Shown here: piece after piece, positions 44,501 through 57,757 of the stretch
Position numbering within the stretch: position 1 is the first letter of the stretch
How the letters are laid out: each line of letters begins with the position of its first letter
Assembly (NCBI GenBank): GCA_963829055.1
Contig: CAWHHI010000012.1
Coordinates: 32,001 to 96,000 of the forward strand
Length of the DNA stretch: 64,000 bases
Source: an uncultured Gemmatimonadaceae bacterium
GTDB taxonomy: Bacteria; Gemmatimonadota; Gemmatimonadetes; Gemmatimonadales; Gemmatimonadaceae
Direction: 5' to 3'
The notes under the pieces: model-generated
Seen by the model: the letters and a program-made list of their open reading frames with translations, nothing else
Database searches by the model: none
What the model was told of the DNA's origin: nothing
Translations under genes and position numbers: made by a program

Positions 44501-46353
44501 TCGAGCGCGTCGGCCACGGCCGCGATGAACGTAGCGCGCGGAAGTACTCCGGTGAGACCGTCCTCCGGGCCGGCATCTCGAGTCACACGTGCGTCAGAGG
44601 CCGTTACCGGTGACGTGACCTGACGCGGCTCCGAACAGGTCCATTCGCCCACGACTTCGTCGAACGCGCGGAATACCGCTGGGTCGAACTGCCGCCCGAC
44701 ATCGCGGCGCATGACGTCCATCGCCTCGTCGTGCGGGAGCGCGCGCTTGAAGCTGCGGTCGGACGTCAGCACATCGTAGACATCGGCGACGCACACGATG
44801 CGCGCGGCAAGCGGAATTCCTTCCCCCGCCAGGCCGTGTGGATAGCCGGAGCCGTCCCAGCATTCGTGGTGACATTCGACTATCGGGCGGACGTCCCAGG
44901 GAAAGTCGACGTCACGGAGCATCTCTGCGCCGGCGACAGGGTGGCGCCTAACGAGCGCCCACTCGTCCTCGGACAATCGCCCTGGCTTGTTCAGCAACTC
45001 GGCGGGCACAACGAGCTTCCCAATATCGTGAAGCAGCGCGCCCACCCGATACCAGAATACCATCGGCGCCGCGACACCCATCCGCGTCGCGACCGCGCAG
45101 GCGAGATCGGCGACGCGCTCGCAGTGGCCGTGCGTGTTGAGGTCCTTGGCCTCGATGGACTGACCCCATCGACGCACCACATCGATGAATTGCGCTTCCA
45201 GACGACGCGTGCGGCGCGAAAGATCGGCGACCGCAACGGTTCCACGGAGCTGCGACAAAGCGCGGTACGCGCGATTGAGCGCGATGATCGTCTCGCGATG
45301 GCGATCCTGACGGTGGTAGAGCTCCGCGCGCTCGGCTGCGATTTCCGCCGCAAGAATCGGATCGTCCTGGTCGCGCATCGCGGCCTCGGCACCCGAGAGT
45401 CGTTCCTCGGCGCGCGTGAGGTCGCCTCGCCCGCGCGCGACCATGGCGGCGGTGCGGAACGCGGCCGCCATCGCGCGCGGCTCGCGAATGCGGCGGGCCG
45501 TCTCGAGCGCCCGCTCGCAGACGTCGTGAGCGCGATCGATGTCGCCGCGACGCGCCAACAGTTCGGCGTGACGGAGCTCCGCGAATAGTACGGCCGCAGG
45601 TTCGCCCAACCCGGCGGCAACGGCTACCGCTTCGGCAAAGCCGGCATCCGACTCCGCCCATCGACGGGCGTCATCATGCAGCTCAGCCAGTGAGACCAGC
45701 GTTAGGCTCAAGTCTGCCGTCTGCCCGGTCGCCCGCAGTTCAGCCAGGCATTCTTCGTAGAGCGCGATCCCGTCATTCAGTGCGCCACGCGCGACCGCAA
45801 GGGCGGCGAGCGTTCGGAGTGCGGCGTTCGCTTCGCGTCCGTCGCCCGATGTGTGCGCCCATTGGCGAGCGCGCGTGGCTTCACGCTCCGCTCCGGCTAC
45901 GTCACCGCCCTCCCACAGGATGCGAGCGCGAAGGGACGCCGCGCGCGCGGAGTCCGCGTCTGCGCCAGCGGCCGCAGCAGACGCCAGCGCCAGCCTCGAG
46001 AATGTCGAGCGCCACCAATGGTTCTCCGGCGGAATTGGCTAAGCGTGCGCTGTTCAGTAGAGCGACAGGCACCACAGGGGCGTCGGTCGGTCCGACGGCG
46101 CGATGCAAGGCGCCTTCGTACAGTTCGCGTGCGAGGTCAGAGCGGCCACGCACTTCCGCCGCGCGAGCCTGCTCCAGGAGCGCGCCAGCCGAGTCGTCGG
46201 TGCTCCCGACGAGTCGCAGTCGCGAGGCATCGCCGCGCTCCGTTCCGAACGGACGTGCGGGCTTCACGCGTGACCGCGCTCGCCCAAGCGACGACAGCGC
46301 CGCGCAATAGATGCGCGGCGCGCCGGCAGATGAGACGAGCGCGCGTGAGGCAT
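41521..46353 (-). CDS. Large multidomain signalling protein: TPR - HD-GYP - GGDEF - STAND/AAA_16 NTPase - TPR; N-terminus broken by frameshift(s)
   Basis: 1396-aa ORF 41521..45711 with HDIGK / HHECWDGSGYP, RGGD-x5-GGDEF, FVGR...GEAGVGKST...LEDMQWAD...GNPL; TPR-like text continues in ORF 45902..46504; start uncertain. Confidence 0.88.
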
Positions 46354-46723
46354 GACGGTGACGAACAGGATGCGGGGTCGGCGCAGTGACCGAGGAACTC
46401 AACGTATGACGCCGGAACCCATCTGTTAGGCAACGTCGGGACCACGTTCGCGCGATGGCCGCGCCGACCGCGTTCGGTACGCCCTCGCATACGGCGCAGG
46501 CCATTCCCTAACGCCACGCCTACGAGCGGTGATATCGCACACGCGATGCGTGCGGCATGCGTCACGAAACCCGAAGCGAGGAGCGCGGTGCGGAACTCCT
46601 GTCCCGCGAGTCGCGTGTCAGACGCGTCTGGCGAAACACGCGAAGACTGGCCATTCGCGGGATCGCTCTTCGGTGTTGGAACATGGCCTGGTTCACTATC
46701 TCTCCGGCTCAGCCCTGCTTCGT

Positions 46724-47475
46724 TCAATCGGCGGCTGCGGGCGCCAGCGTCCGTCTGTCACGCACGGCGACAGCGTGCCCTCGTCCATAGGCGAAGTACA
46801 CGACCATACCGATCGCTAGCCAGATCACGAGGCGCGCCCACGTCGCGACCGGCAGCACGAGCATCTGACGACGCAGACCGTGGCACCCAGGATCGGAACC
46901 CAGGGCATACCCGGCGTGCGGAATGGACGTTCGAGATCTGGTGCGGTCTTCCGCAGAATGATGATCCCGACGCAGACGAGCGTGAACGCGAGCAGCGTTC
47001 CCATGCTCACGAGCTGGCTGAGCGTCGTTAGGGGAAGAAGCCCGGCGGCGATCGCGACAATGACACCGGTGACCAAGCGTGCTCACGTGCGGCGTCCGAA
47101 ACCTTCACGACAGGGCTGAACCACGTCAGTCCCGTCGCTTCGATTCCAACGGCGATTGGATCCGCGACGTTGAGCTTCGCATAGGGCACGATCCCGATCA
47201 GCACGATCGCGACGCAATGTACAACACGGTGCATAACGCGAGAGACACGAGAATGCCGAACGGGAGGTCCCGTTGTGGGTTCTTCGATTCCTGCGCGGCG
47301 GTGGAAACCGCGTCGAAGCCGATGTAGGCGAAGAACATCACCGCCGCTCCCCGAAGTACACCGCTCCAGCCGAAGCTGCCGAAGATACCTGTGTTCGGCG
47401 GGATGAACGGCGTGAGATTCTCTCGACGCACGTAAGTCGCAGCTCGGCGACGGATTTCTTGGTGAAGAGAGACAT
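46724..47475 (-). pseudogene. APC-family amino acid permease with two large internal deletions
   Basis: MSLFTKKSVAELR joins directly to ENLTPFIP..FFAYIGFDAVSTAAQESKNPQRDLP; FSPVVKV joins directly to RTPHVST..GTLLAF..RPFRTP. Confidence 0.75.
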
Positions 47476-47668
47476 CGTCGGGAATCGGGAACGGGGAATC
47501 GGGAATCGATCGCGCCGGCCCTGTCCCCAACATGCACGACGATCACGCCGGCGAGCGTCCGACGGGCGTGAGAACGGTGTGCGAGCCGAGTGGTCGCGTT
47601 GTTAGGCAGCCAGCAAGCAGCCCCGGTCACCGTTCCCGCCCGATTCCCGATTCCCGATTCCCGATTCC

Positions 47669-48372
47669 CTATTCCCGACTGAGCCGATATCCCGTCTTGA
47701 GCACCGTCAGAATGTGCCGCGGGTTTGCCGGGTCCGACTCGAGCTTGCGCCGAAGCTCGGCGATGTGCGTATCCACCGTGCGGCTCATCACCGAGTCGTC
47801 GTAGCCCCACACTTCCTTGAGCAGCTCGATGCGCGTCGCCACCTGCCCGTTGCGTCGGAGCAGTGCCACCAGCAGGTCATATTCCTTCGGCCGCAGTGCG
47901 ACCGCCGCGCCATCACGCGTCACCGTGTGGCGTGCCGCGTCGACCCGCACATCGCCGAACCCGGAAGGCGCGTCCGCCTGTGACGCGCGGCGCGTCGCCG
48001 TTAGGCCGGGTCGCGCGGCGGAGCAGCGCGTCGATCCGCGCCAGAAGCTCCATGAGTCCGAACGGCTTCGTGACGTAGTCATCGGCGCCGAAGCGGAAGC
48101 CGCGGACCTTGTCCGCCTCTTCACCTAACGCCGTCAGGACGAGGACTGGCGTGGTGTCCCCGTCGTCGCGCAGCGTTCGGAGGACACGATAGCCGTCAGT
48201 ATCCGGCAGCATCAGGTCGAGCACGATGAGGTCCGGACGCTTCTCACGTGCGAGCGCCAGCCCCGCGCGCGCCGTCGTTCGCGCAGAGTACCGAATAACC
48301 CTCGAACTCGAGGTTGCTCTGCAGCCCGCGCGCGAGCTTGTCGTTGTCTTCGATGAGGAGAACGGTCGGCAT
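47669..48372 (-). CDS. OmpR/PhoB-family response regulator, frameshifted
   Basis: [60 protein letters not shown]. Confidence 0.92.
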
Positions 48373-48374
48373 GT

Positions 48375-50181
48375 TCAGGATTCGCGAGCCGACGAACCAG
48401 GCCTACGCGCCAGCCGCCGCCGAGCGCGCGCCGTCCAACTCTGCCGCTCGCGTGACCCGTTGCTCGCGTCCCACCGCCGTTCGCGCGAACGCTCGCGTCG
48501 CGCCGCCGCACCAGCCGCCGGCTCGGCCCCTGCGGGAACACCAGTCGGAAGCTCGACGACGAATCGCGCGCCGCCTGTTGGCGCATCCTCGACGTAGGCC
48601 ATGCCGCGGTGCAACGCGGTCAGCTCGCGCACGACCGCCAGCCCGATCCCGCTTCCCTCGTTCGCTGCATTCCGCTCGCGACGAAGTCGCACGTACGGGC
48701 TCCAGATGCGGTTGCGATCGACGAGCGGGATGCCGGGCCCCTGGTCCTCCACCGCGATCCGCGCGAGACTGTCGGCGCGCTCGACGATCAGCCGCACCGT
48801 CTGCCCGCGCGGTCCAAACTTGAGCGCGTTGTCGAGGAGATTCAGGACGATCTGTCGCACCGCACCACAATCGACGAACGCCGTGATGGATTCGCGAATA
48901 TCGGTGACGACATGAGATCCGCGCTCCTCCGCGAGCGGCGCGAACGTCGCAACGATTGTGGCGACGAGTGGGTCGAGCTCCGTCTGCGTACGCTCGAGTT
49001 CCACACGGCCTTCGCTGGTGCGCGCGAAGTGCAGCACGTTGTCCACCATGCGCATGAGACGTCGCGCCTCGTGGACGATCGTCTCGACCGCGAGCTGACG
49101 ATCGGCTTCCGAGCGAACGCGCCCGAGCTCGAGCGTCTCACCGAACAGGAGAATCTGCGCGAGCGGCGTCCGCAGCTCGTGCGACACGCTCGACGTGAAG
49201 TCCGCGCGAAGTCGCGCCAGGTCGTGCTCGCGTCGAAGCTGCAGCAAGCGCGACGGCGGCGAGCGCAACGGTGAGCGCGAGCAGGCCAAGCAACATCGGA
49301 AGCCGTGAGCCGGGCGGACGACCCACCAGCAGTCGCTCGGGCGCGCTCGCCCGCAGCGCCGCGTGGACGATCAACGGGACGCCGACACCATCGAGCGCGA
49401 CGTCGCTCGCGTACGGAGACGCCGCACTGGCCGGCGTCGACGTACCCGACCGGTACCACTCCTGTCCCTGCGCATCGCTCACCGTGAGCACGAGCAGCGA
49501 ATCGTTCGACGCGCCACCGGTGACCGAACCGGGCAGCAGCGCGTGCGCCCTCATGACGTCACGCAGCACGCCTTCGCCAACCGCACGCGGACACGTTGTG
49601 AAGCCGTACGCGGCGAGCGGCGCGCCATGCTGCGCATACCGAATCGCGTAGAACACGAGGCGGCCGGGGGCGTGAACGGGATCAGCCACCGCGGCGTACC
49701 GCATCTCCGGTCGATACCGCAGCCGGTTGTTGGTGACGACCGTGTCTCGTAGCCAGCGGACGAATCCGCTGTCGGCGACGCCGCCGCCGAGAGCGACGGA
49801 CCCATCGCGAAGGTCTACCCGGAACACGACGCGCGCCGAATCGCCGGCACTCTGCCGACACGCGAGCACGTCGCGGGCGGGAGCGGTAACCAGGTCCGGT
49901 GGAGCGAGCAACTCGTAGGGCGAGCTCGCCCGGACGCTCGTCACCGGCGAGAGCAGCTCGCTCGCCGCTTCGCCGAGCCGGTCCTGGGCGTTCGCGACGT
50001 ACTCCCACGCTGCAACGGACGCGTAGTCCCGCAGCGCACGCTCGGCCGTCACACGATGCGACCGCGCCGCGTCGTGCGCCTCGTAGGCGAGCGACGCCGC
50101 AAGCACCACGGTGAGCGTGAGCAGCCCGACGAGGAGCGTGATGCGTGGCGCGGCAACGTGGCGTGTCGGCAGGCTGGGCAT
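48375..50181 (-). CDS. Membrane sensor histidine kinase, frameshifted near 49240
   Basis: Two TM segments flanking a periplasmic domain; SVSHELRTPL, NLLDNALKF, DQGPGI, GSGIGLAVV. Confidence 0.92.
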
Positions 50182-50459
50182 ATCGCAGGATAGCACTCGG
50201 CTCAGGCGGAGAACAGGAACGCCGCGGCAACCGCCACGCCGCGTCAGGCACGTGCGGCGGCCCCTAAGTCGCGCCGCCAGCGCTCGCCGGACAACCCTTC
50301 TGACACGGCTCTGACAGCGGTCGCACGCGTCCATTCGGCCGAGGGGTGCTCCCGACAATCGACCCGCGCCCCTAGCTTAGGCGTGACGGGCGCCTCGGCC
50401 GAGTCCCGACCTCCGGCGCCGTCGTCCGCCCGTTACTCAATCGTTTCGCCGGATCCTCC

Positions 50460-51506
50460 GTGACCACGCCTGCCCGCGCCCCGAACCTAACGCCGACCGA
50501 CGGTACCGCGACGGCGACCGACCGGCACATGCCGCACAGCGTCATGCGCGACCGCGAGCGGGCGGCTCGCGTTCGACCTTCCACCACGCGAGATCCGCGA
50601 CGCACTGGCCGACCCCGGCACCAAGCTCTGGGTCGACATCGACAGCACGAGTCGTCACCAGCACGCGGTGCTCGAGAAGCTGTTCAAGTTCCACCCGCTG
50701 ACCATCGAGGACACGCTCAACCCGAACAGCCGGGTGAAGATCGAGGCCTACGATGGATTTCTGTTCGTCGTGCTGCGCGCGATCCGCTTCTGCGACACGA
50801 CGACCGATCCCTACGACCTCGAGACCGAAAACCTCTACATCTACATCGGCGCGAACTACGTCGTCAGCGTTCACGCAGGCGAGTCACAGACGGTGGACAC
50901 GGTCGCCGACCTGGTGCGACGGAGCCCCGATCTGTTCGACCGCGGTCCCGCTCGCCTCGCGCACACGCTCTGCGACACAGCGATCGATGCGTTCTTCCCG
51001 ATCCTCGATCGCGTCGACGAGTTCGTCGACGGGCTCGAGTCGCGCGTCTTCGAGCGGTTCGATGAGACGAGCGCTGCACGACATCTTCGCGCTGAAGCGC
51101 ACGGTGCTGTCGCTCCGACGGTACCTCGCGCCGCAGCGCGAGATCTTCAACGTGCTCACGAACCGGCCGTCGCCGCTGCTCCCGCCGGAATCGCAGCTGT
51201 ACTTCCGAGACGTCTACGATCACGTGCTGCGCATCAACGACTCGCTCGACACGTTCCGCGAGCTTCTGAGCAGCACGCTCGACAGCTACCTCACGCAGGT
51301 CTCGAACCGGCTCGGGTCGATCACGAAGGGGCTGTCGGTGATCGCGACGCTCAGCGTCCCGTTCGTCGTCATCAGCGGCATGTGGGGGATGAACTTCGGG
51401 CGAGATTCCGCTGTCAGGGCTACCCGCACGGATTCCTGCTGATGGTGTCCTGCAGCTCGCGTTAGGTGTCGTGCTGGTCGCGATCCTTCGCTGGAAGAAG
51501 CTCTGA
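50460..51506 (+). CDS. corA: CorA-family Mg/Co transporter, frameshifted
   Basis: LWVDID, FHPLTIEDTL, YFRDVYDH, GMWGMNF signature. Confidence 0.9.
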
Positions 51507-51545
51507 AATCGCGGTGAAGTCGGCGCGCGGCTCGGCCGACGCGCG

Positions 51546-52539
51546 TCAGGGAAGCGGACCTCGCCATGCCGCCAGCATCAGCTCCAGCGCGAGCGCCAAC
51601 GAGCGCGATACCGAGCGGCCAGCGATACAGCTCCGAGTAGCGCGTGTACACGCGCGTGCGCACGGGCGTGCGCTCCAGCCGATCGATCTCCTCGGTGATG
51701 CGTTGCAGCGCCGCCGCGTCACGCGCGCGGAAGTACCGTCCACCGGTCCGCTCGCGCGATGTCCGTGAGCAGTGCATCGTCGATCTCGACCGGCCGATTC
51801 TCGTACCGCAGCCCGAACACGCCACGGCCGACAGGCACGGGCGCCATGCCCTCGGTGCCGACGCCGATGGTGTAGATCTTCACGCCGAACGCGGACGCCG
51901 CCTGCGCCGCCGTTCGCGGATCGATCGAGCCGCGATTGTTCACGCCGTCGGTGAGCAGGACGACCACGCGCGAATTGCCCGGCGCATCGCGCAGGCGGTT
52001 CGCCGCCGTCGCGATCGCCGTCCCGATCGCGGTTCCGTCCTCGAGTTGGCCGGGCTGCAGGTTGTCCACCGCGGCCATCACGACGGGATAGTCGGTCGTC
52101 AGCGGCACCTGCGTGAGCGCCTCACCGGAGAACGCGACGACGCCAATGCGGTCGCTGCCGCGCATCGCGATGAACTGCTTCACCTTGTCGCGCGCCACCT
52201 CGAGCCGGTTCTGCGGCTGGAAATCTTCGGCCAGCATCGAGCTCGAGATGTCGAACGCGATGACGATGTTGATGCCCTCGGTCGTCGACTGCTCCGCGCG
52301 ACCGGCGGATCGCGGCCGAGCGAGCGCGATGATCAGGCCGAGCGAGCACGAGATTGCGCGCGACGACCAGCGAGCGCGCGATCGCGCGCCCGCGCGCGGG
52401 CCCGCGCGCGAGCACGGAAACGCGCGAGAACACGATGGCTGCCGGACGACGACGTCGCCGCCACACCCACCAGATCGGCAGGAAGAGCAGCAACAGCAGG
52501 ACCCACGGAGCACCGAACTCCAGATGCGGGAATGTTCAT
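51546..52539 (-). CDS. BatA-like von Willebrand A domain protein, frameshifted
   Basis: IIALARP, DISSSM MIDAS, DRIGVVAF, PLTTD, GTAIG, LLTDGVNNRG, KIYTIGVG, TGGRYFRA. Confidence 0.9.
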
Positions 52540-52546
52540 GGCCTAA

Positions 52547-54292
52547 ATGTGCGCGATCGAGCGTGGCGCCGCAGGGGTCGCACGCGTCCTACAAGGCACG
52601 CCGCCGGCGTGCGCGATTGGCCCATCTTCTGTCTCCGGAACTTCGATCTTCGTGCGCCTCGTCACCGATTCGCTGGTTCGTCTGTCACGTGGTGTCTCGA
52701 TCATCTTCGGTGTCGCCGGCGTCTCTTTCGCGGCAGCCCTGTACGTCTCCGGCCGAGCGTCCGGCGCCCTCGCGCTGAGTCTCGGCCTGTACGCCATTGC
52801 CTTCGCGTTGATCGCGCTCGTGTTTGCCACGCGCGCGACGATCTCCTCTGCGCTCGCGGCAGCAACATCGGACGCGGACCGGGCCGACCCCGGAATTCAG
52901 ACGCTCGCGTCGTCGACAGCCGGCAACGTAACCGCGCCGGACCCGGCGACGGACGGATCTCCAACGGCACCGCCGCTCAGTCCTCGCTTCAATCTTCTAC
53001 ACCCGACCTGCGCGATCCGCTCACCGGACTCGCGACGCGTCTGCTGCTCCACGACCGGGTCGGTCACGCACTCGCGCGGGCGCACCGGCACGAGCGCGCC
53101 GTGGTCGATCATGCTGCTCGACCTGGATGGCTTCCGCTCGGTCAACGACGCGTTCGGCTACGCCGCTGGCGACCGCGTCCTGGCGGCGGTCGCCACTCGA
53201 CTGAATGCCGACACTGCGCGGCGGCGACACGGCAGTCACGACCCGGCGCCGATGAGTTCGCTCTGCTGCTCGAGGACATGGCCGACGAGAGCAACTTCGT
53301 ACAGATCAGCGAGCGCGTGAGCGACGCGCTCGCGCGGCCCATCACCATCGACGGACGCGAGCTCACGATCAGCGCGTGCACAGGCATCGCGCAGGCGACG
53401 CCGGATGACGACGTGGACAGCCTGCTGCGCAACGCCGACGCGGCGCTCGCCGCGGCAAAGCGCCGCGGTCGCGGGTCCTGCGAAGTGTTCTCGGACCGGA
53501 TTCGCTCGACGCTCGTGGACCGCGTGGAGCTCGAGGGCGAGCTCCGCGCCGCGATCGAGAACAAGCGCGTTCGAGATCGAATACCAGCCAATCGTCATCC
53601 TGCACAACCGGCGGATCGCCGGCGTCGAGGCGCTGCTGCGCTGGCGTCACCCGTCGCGCGGAGAGATCCCGCCGTCACGTTCCTGCCGGTCGCTGACGAG
53701 TTGGGCCTCTCCTCCGTGCTCGGTCGGTGGGTCCTGCTCGACAGCCTGCACACAGGTGAAGAAGTGGCAGGACGACGTCGCGAGCGCCCGCGCGCTGACG
53801 CTGACCGTCAACGTGTCTCGCGCGCAGCTGCGTCAGCCGTCGCTCATCGCGGATGTCGCGAACGCGCTCGAGCTTTCGGGCCTCGATCCACGGCGCCTCG
53901 TGCTCGAAGTCTCCGATGCCGTGCTGCTCGACGATGCCGGCACCGCGCTCGCGCGCCTCCAGTCGCTGAAGTCACTCGGCGTCCGCATCGCGATCGACGA
54001 CTTTGGCGCGCGCCAGGCGGCGCTTCACCAGCTGCCACGCATTCCGGTGGACATCCTGAAGATCGACAAGGCGTTCATCGACCGCGTCGGTCGCGGCGGC
54101 GTGAGCGTGGCTCACGTCGTGCTCGCGTTAGGCAAGTCGATGCGCCTGCGGACGGTCGCCGAGGGCGTCGAGGCGGAGGAGCAGGTCGCGGAGCTGCTGC
54201 GCCTCAAGTGCGAGTTCGGGCAGGGGCTGTTGTTCTCGCGCCCGCTGTCGCCCGCGGGCGTCGGAGCGCTCCTCCGCGCCGATCGGCGATAG
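52547..54292 (+). CDS. Membrane-anchored GGDEF-EAL protein, frameshifted; start approximate
   Basis: DPLTGL, LDLDGFRSVNDAFGYAAGD, GADEF; YQPIV, EALLRW, IAIDDFG, LKIDKAF, VAEGVE, GQGLLFSRP. Confidence 0.88.
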
Positions 54293-54320
54293 CGAGCATC
54301 GGCGCCAGCGTATCGGTTCG

Positions 54321-55147
54321 TCAGGCCGTCGCGTGCCAGAACTGGCGCACGAGATTCTGCGACACCGTGCGCCGATACTCCGCCGTCGAGCGCACATCGT
54401 CGATCGGCGTAATCTCTGCGCCGACCGCGGCTACGGCCGCATCGATCCCCTGCCCGGCCGCGAGCGCTCGCTCAGCCGCGCGCGCACGGACGACCACCGG
54501 GCCCACCGAGCCTAACGCGATACGCGGCGACGTCCGAGCGGACGCCAGCCATGACGACCTTCGAGATGGCCTGTGCGGCACGCGTGCCGACCTTCCGAAA
54601 CCACTGGCGTCCCGTGATCGGCCGGAATCTCGACCGCGACGATGAGCTCGTCGGGACGAAGGACGCTCGTCCGGTATCCCGAGTAGAACTCCGTGAACGG
54701 GATGCGCCGCTCGGCACCCGCACTCCGGACGACGACGACCGCCTCAGCCGCCGCGAACACCGGCAGCGTGTCTCCCGCGGGCGAGCCGTTCGCGATGTTC
54801 CCGCCAATCGTGCCGCGGTTCTGGATCTGCACGCCGCCAACCTGCCGCGCCGCGTCGACGAGCATCGGCAGTCGCTGCTTCACGAGCCGGGACCGCGTTA
54901 GGCTCGTGTACGTCGCGAGCGCACCGAGCGACGAGGACGTCGCCGCGCATCTCGATGCGTCGGAGCGGCTCGAGCGCCCAGAGATCGAGGAAGCGCGTGG
55001 CTGACAGCGTCCCGAAGTTGAGCGACTACGTACAGATCGGTCGCGCCCGCGAGCGGCGACGAGCGGCCCGTCATCCCGCAGCATCGTGAGCGCCTCGCGG
55101 ACCGATCGCGGCCGACGCAGCGTGAGCGGCGTGACCGCGGTTCTCAC
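54321..55147 (-). CDS. Xanthine dehydrogenase/CoxM-family FAD-binding subunit, frameshifted
   Basis: QIQNRGTIGGNIANGSPAGD, FRKVGTRAAQAISKV, PIDDVRSTAEYRR. Confidence 0.9.
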
Positions 55148-55621
55148 GTCGGCACGCTCGATGACGACATGCCTGCTGCCGCCGCTGTGCGACTCGCCCG
55201 CTTCGCCGCGCGAATGGCGCGATAGATCGCCTCGTAGCCCGTGCACCGGCACAGATTCCCGGCGAGCGCTTCCTGCATCTGCTTTCGGCGTTGGGTCCGG
55301 CCCGAGCGACATTGCCGCCATGATCATGCCGGGCGTGCAGATCCCGCACTGCGCGCCGACGTGATCCATGAACGCACGCTGCAGCGCCTGCGCTTCCGCG
55401 CCCTCGATCGTCTGCACGTCGCGGCCTTCCACCTGCGCGAACGGTACGAGGCACGATACGACCGCCTGGCCGTCGACGAGCACGGTGCACGCGCCGCACT
55501 CGCCTTCACCGCACCCTTCCTTCGTGCCCGTGAGCTCGCACTCCTCACGAAGCACGTCGAGCAGCCGTCGCATCGGATGCGCGTCGATGTCGACGCCTCG
55601 GCCGTTGAGCTGGAATTGCAT
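55144..55621 (-). CDS. Xanthine dehydrogenase/CoxS-family 2Fe-2S subunit, frameshifted
   Basis: GTKEGCGEGECGACTV, SCL, QCGICTPGMIM; NLCRCTGY in shifted frame. Confidence 0.92.
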
Positions 55622-55623
55622 CG

Positions 55624-57757
55624 TCAGAGCACTCGCTTCGCCAATGACTGCCGGAAAATGACCTCCGGTACCGCGGGCACCTCGCGCACGTCCACCCCAA
55701 GACTTCGGATCGCGTTCACGATGGCGGGGGCCGGGCCATCCATGGGCAGCTCGCCCAGTCCCTTCGCGCCGAACGGGCCGCCAGGGTACGGGTTCTCGAC
55801 CAGCACGACGTCGATCGGCGGCGTGTCGAGCGTCGTCGGGATCGTGTAGTTCGTCAGCTGTGCGTTGGCCATCGCGCCATCACGCATGACGACGTGCTCG
55901 AGCAGCGCGAAGCCTAACGCCTGAGCGGTTCCGCCCTCGATCTGACCGATCGGCGAGCGCCGGATGAATCGCCTTGCCGACATCCACGCACAGCCGTGAG
56001 ACGCAACGGCCGCACCTCGAGCGTCACGGGATCGAGCTCCACCTCGGCGACGTTGCACCCCCACCCGTACGTCGCGTACGCATCGCCCGGTACGTCTCGT
56101 CGTCCCACTGAATCCACTCGGGCTGCTCGTACTCCGCCTCGACGCGCAGCGGACCGTGCTCGCGGAAATACTCGGCCGGTGTCGCGTCGCCGATCCGCCG
56201 GCGCAGTTCGGCCGCCGCCCGCTGCAGGATGCCGCCGACGACCATGCAGGTGCGCGATGCGACCGTCGGCCCGCTGTCGGGGACGCGCGAGGTGTCCGGC
56301 TGCGCGACCTCGACCGATTCGTACGGCACGCCTAACGCGTCGGCGACGATCTGCGCGTGCATCGTGCGCGTGCCCTGCCCGATCTCGGTGCTCGACGTGA
56401 GCACCCGAACGCCGCGCTCCGTGAGCTCGAGCGCCGCACGCGATGCGAGGCGCAGCTCTCCGCTGCCGGTGAATCCCGAGCCATGATAGAACAGCGACAC
56501 GCCAATGCCGTCGCCGTTCGTACCCGCCACTGCCTGCTTTTCATGGTACCGGGACTTCCGCACCGCTCGACTCAGCGTCTCGAGCGCGCTGCAGTCGCTC
56601 GCCGAGCGTCTGGCCGGTCGCAGTGGTGTCGCCAGGCCGCAACGCGTTGAGCTCCCGCAGCTGGACCGGGTCCATACCTAACGCTTCGGCGATCCGGTCC
56701 ATGTGGACTTCCATCGCGAACTGCGTCTGCGGCGCGCCGAAGCCGCGGAACGCACCGTTCGGCGGCGTGTTCGTCATCACGGCGCGCCCGACAATGCGCG
56801 TGTTGTCGCACCGATACGGGCCGGCGGCGTGGATCGTTCCGCGCGAGAGGACGACGGGACTCAGCGTGACATAGGCGCCGCCATCCAGCATCACGTCAAT
56901 GTCCATCGCGACAATGCGACCGTCGCGCGTGACGCCGGTCCGATGCCGCACCACGGACGGATGCCGCTTGGTCGTCGCCACCATGTCCTCGGTGCGATCG
57001 TAGATGATCTTCACCGGCCGGCCCGACTTGAGCGCGAGGAGCGCGGCGTGTCCCGCGATCACCGACGGGAATTCCTCCTTGCCGCCGAATCCGCCGCCGG
57101 TCTCGGTCTGCACGACGCGCACGTGCGACACCGCATCGCCCAACAGTGCGACGAGCGCCTTGTGCACGTAGAACGGGCACTGAATGGAGCCGTGGACTGC
57201 GATGCCGCCGTCCTCCGGAACGGCGATCACCCCGTTAGGCTCGATGTACACGTGCTCCTGCGCGCCGGTGCGGTACGTCCCCTCGACGATGACGTCCGCG
57301 CTCGACATCGCGGCGTCGACGTCACCCTTCTCGATGTGGATGTGCTTGAAGACAGTCGTCGGAAGCTTCGGCGTCGAGCACGGCCGGCTCGCGCTCGTAG
57401 TCGATCTCGACGCGCGCGGCGAGCAGCTTCTCGCGATCGGCGTGCGCGAGCAGCAGAATCGGCTCGGCCGCGTGCCTGACGTCTCGCTCCGACGAGGCAC
57501 GGCTGATCGACCTCGATGAGCGCGACGACGTTGGTGCCCGGAATGTCGCGGTAGTCGACGACGGTGAAGTCCGTCTCGTCGAACTGGCGACGGACTGCCG
57601 TTATGCGTCCGCGCGGAATCTCGGAGCGGATGGTCCGGCCCCAGAGCATTCCCGGGAACACGAGGTCATCGGCGTAGACCGCCGTGCCCGTCGCTTTCCC
57701 GATACCGTCCTTGCGCGCGACGCTTCGTCCGACGGCGCGTTCGCTGGAGTTCGCCAT
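55624..57757 (-). CDS. Xanthine dehydrogenase-family molybdopterin-binding subunit, frameshifted
   Basis: KATGTAVYADD, EHVYIEP, GGGFGGKE, AFRGFGAPQ, EIGQG, GQIEGG, GAKGLGELP. Confidence 0.92.
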
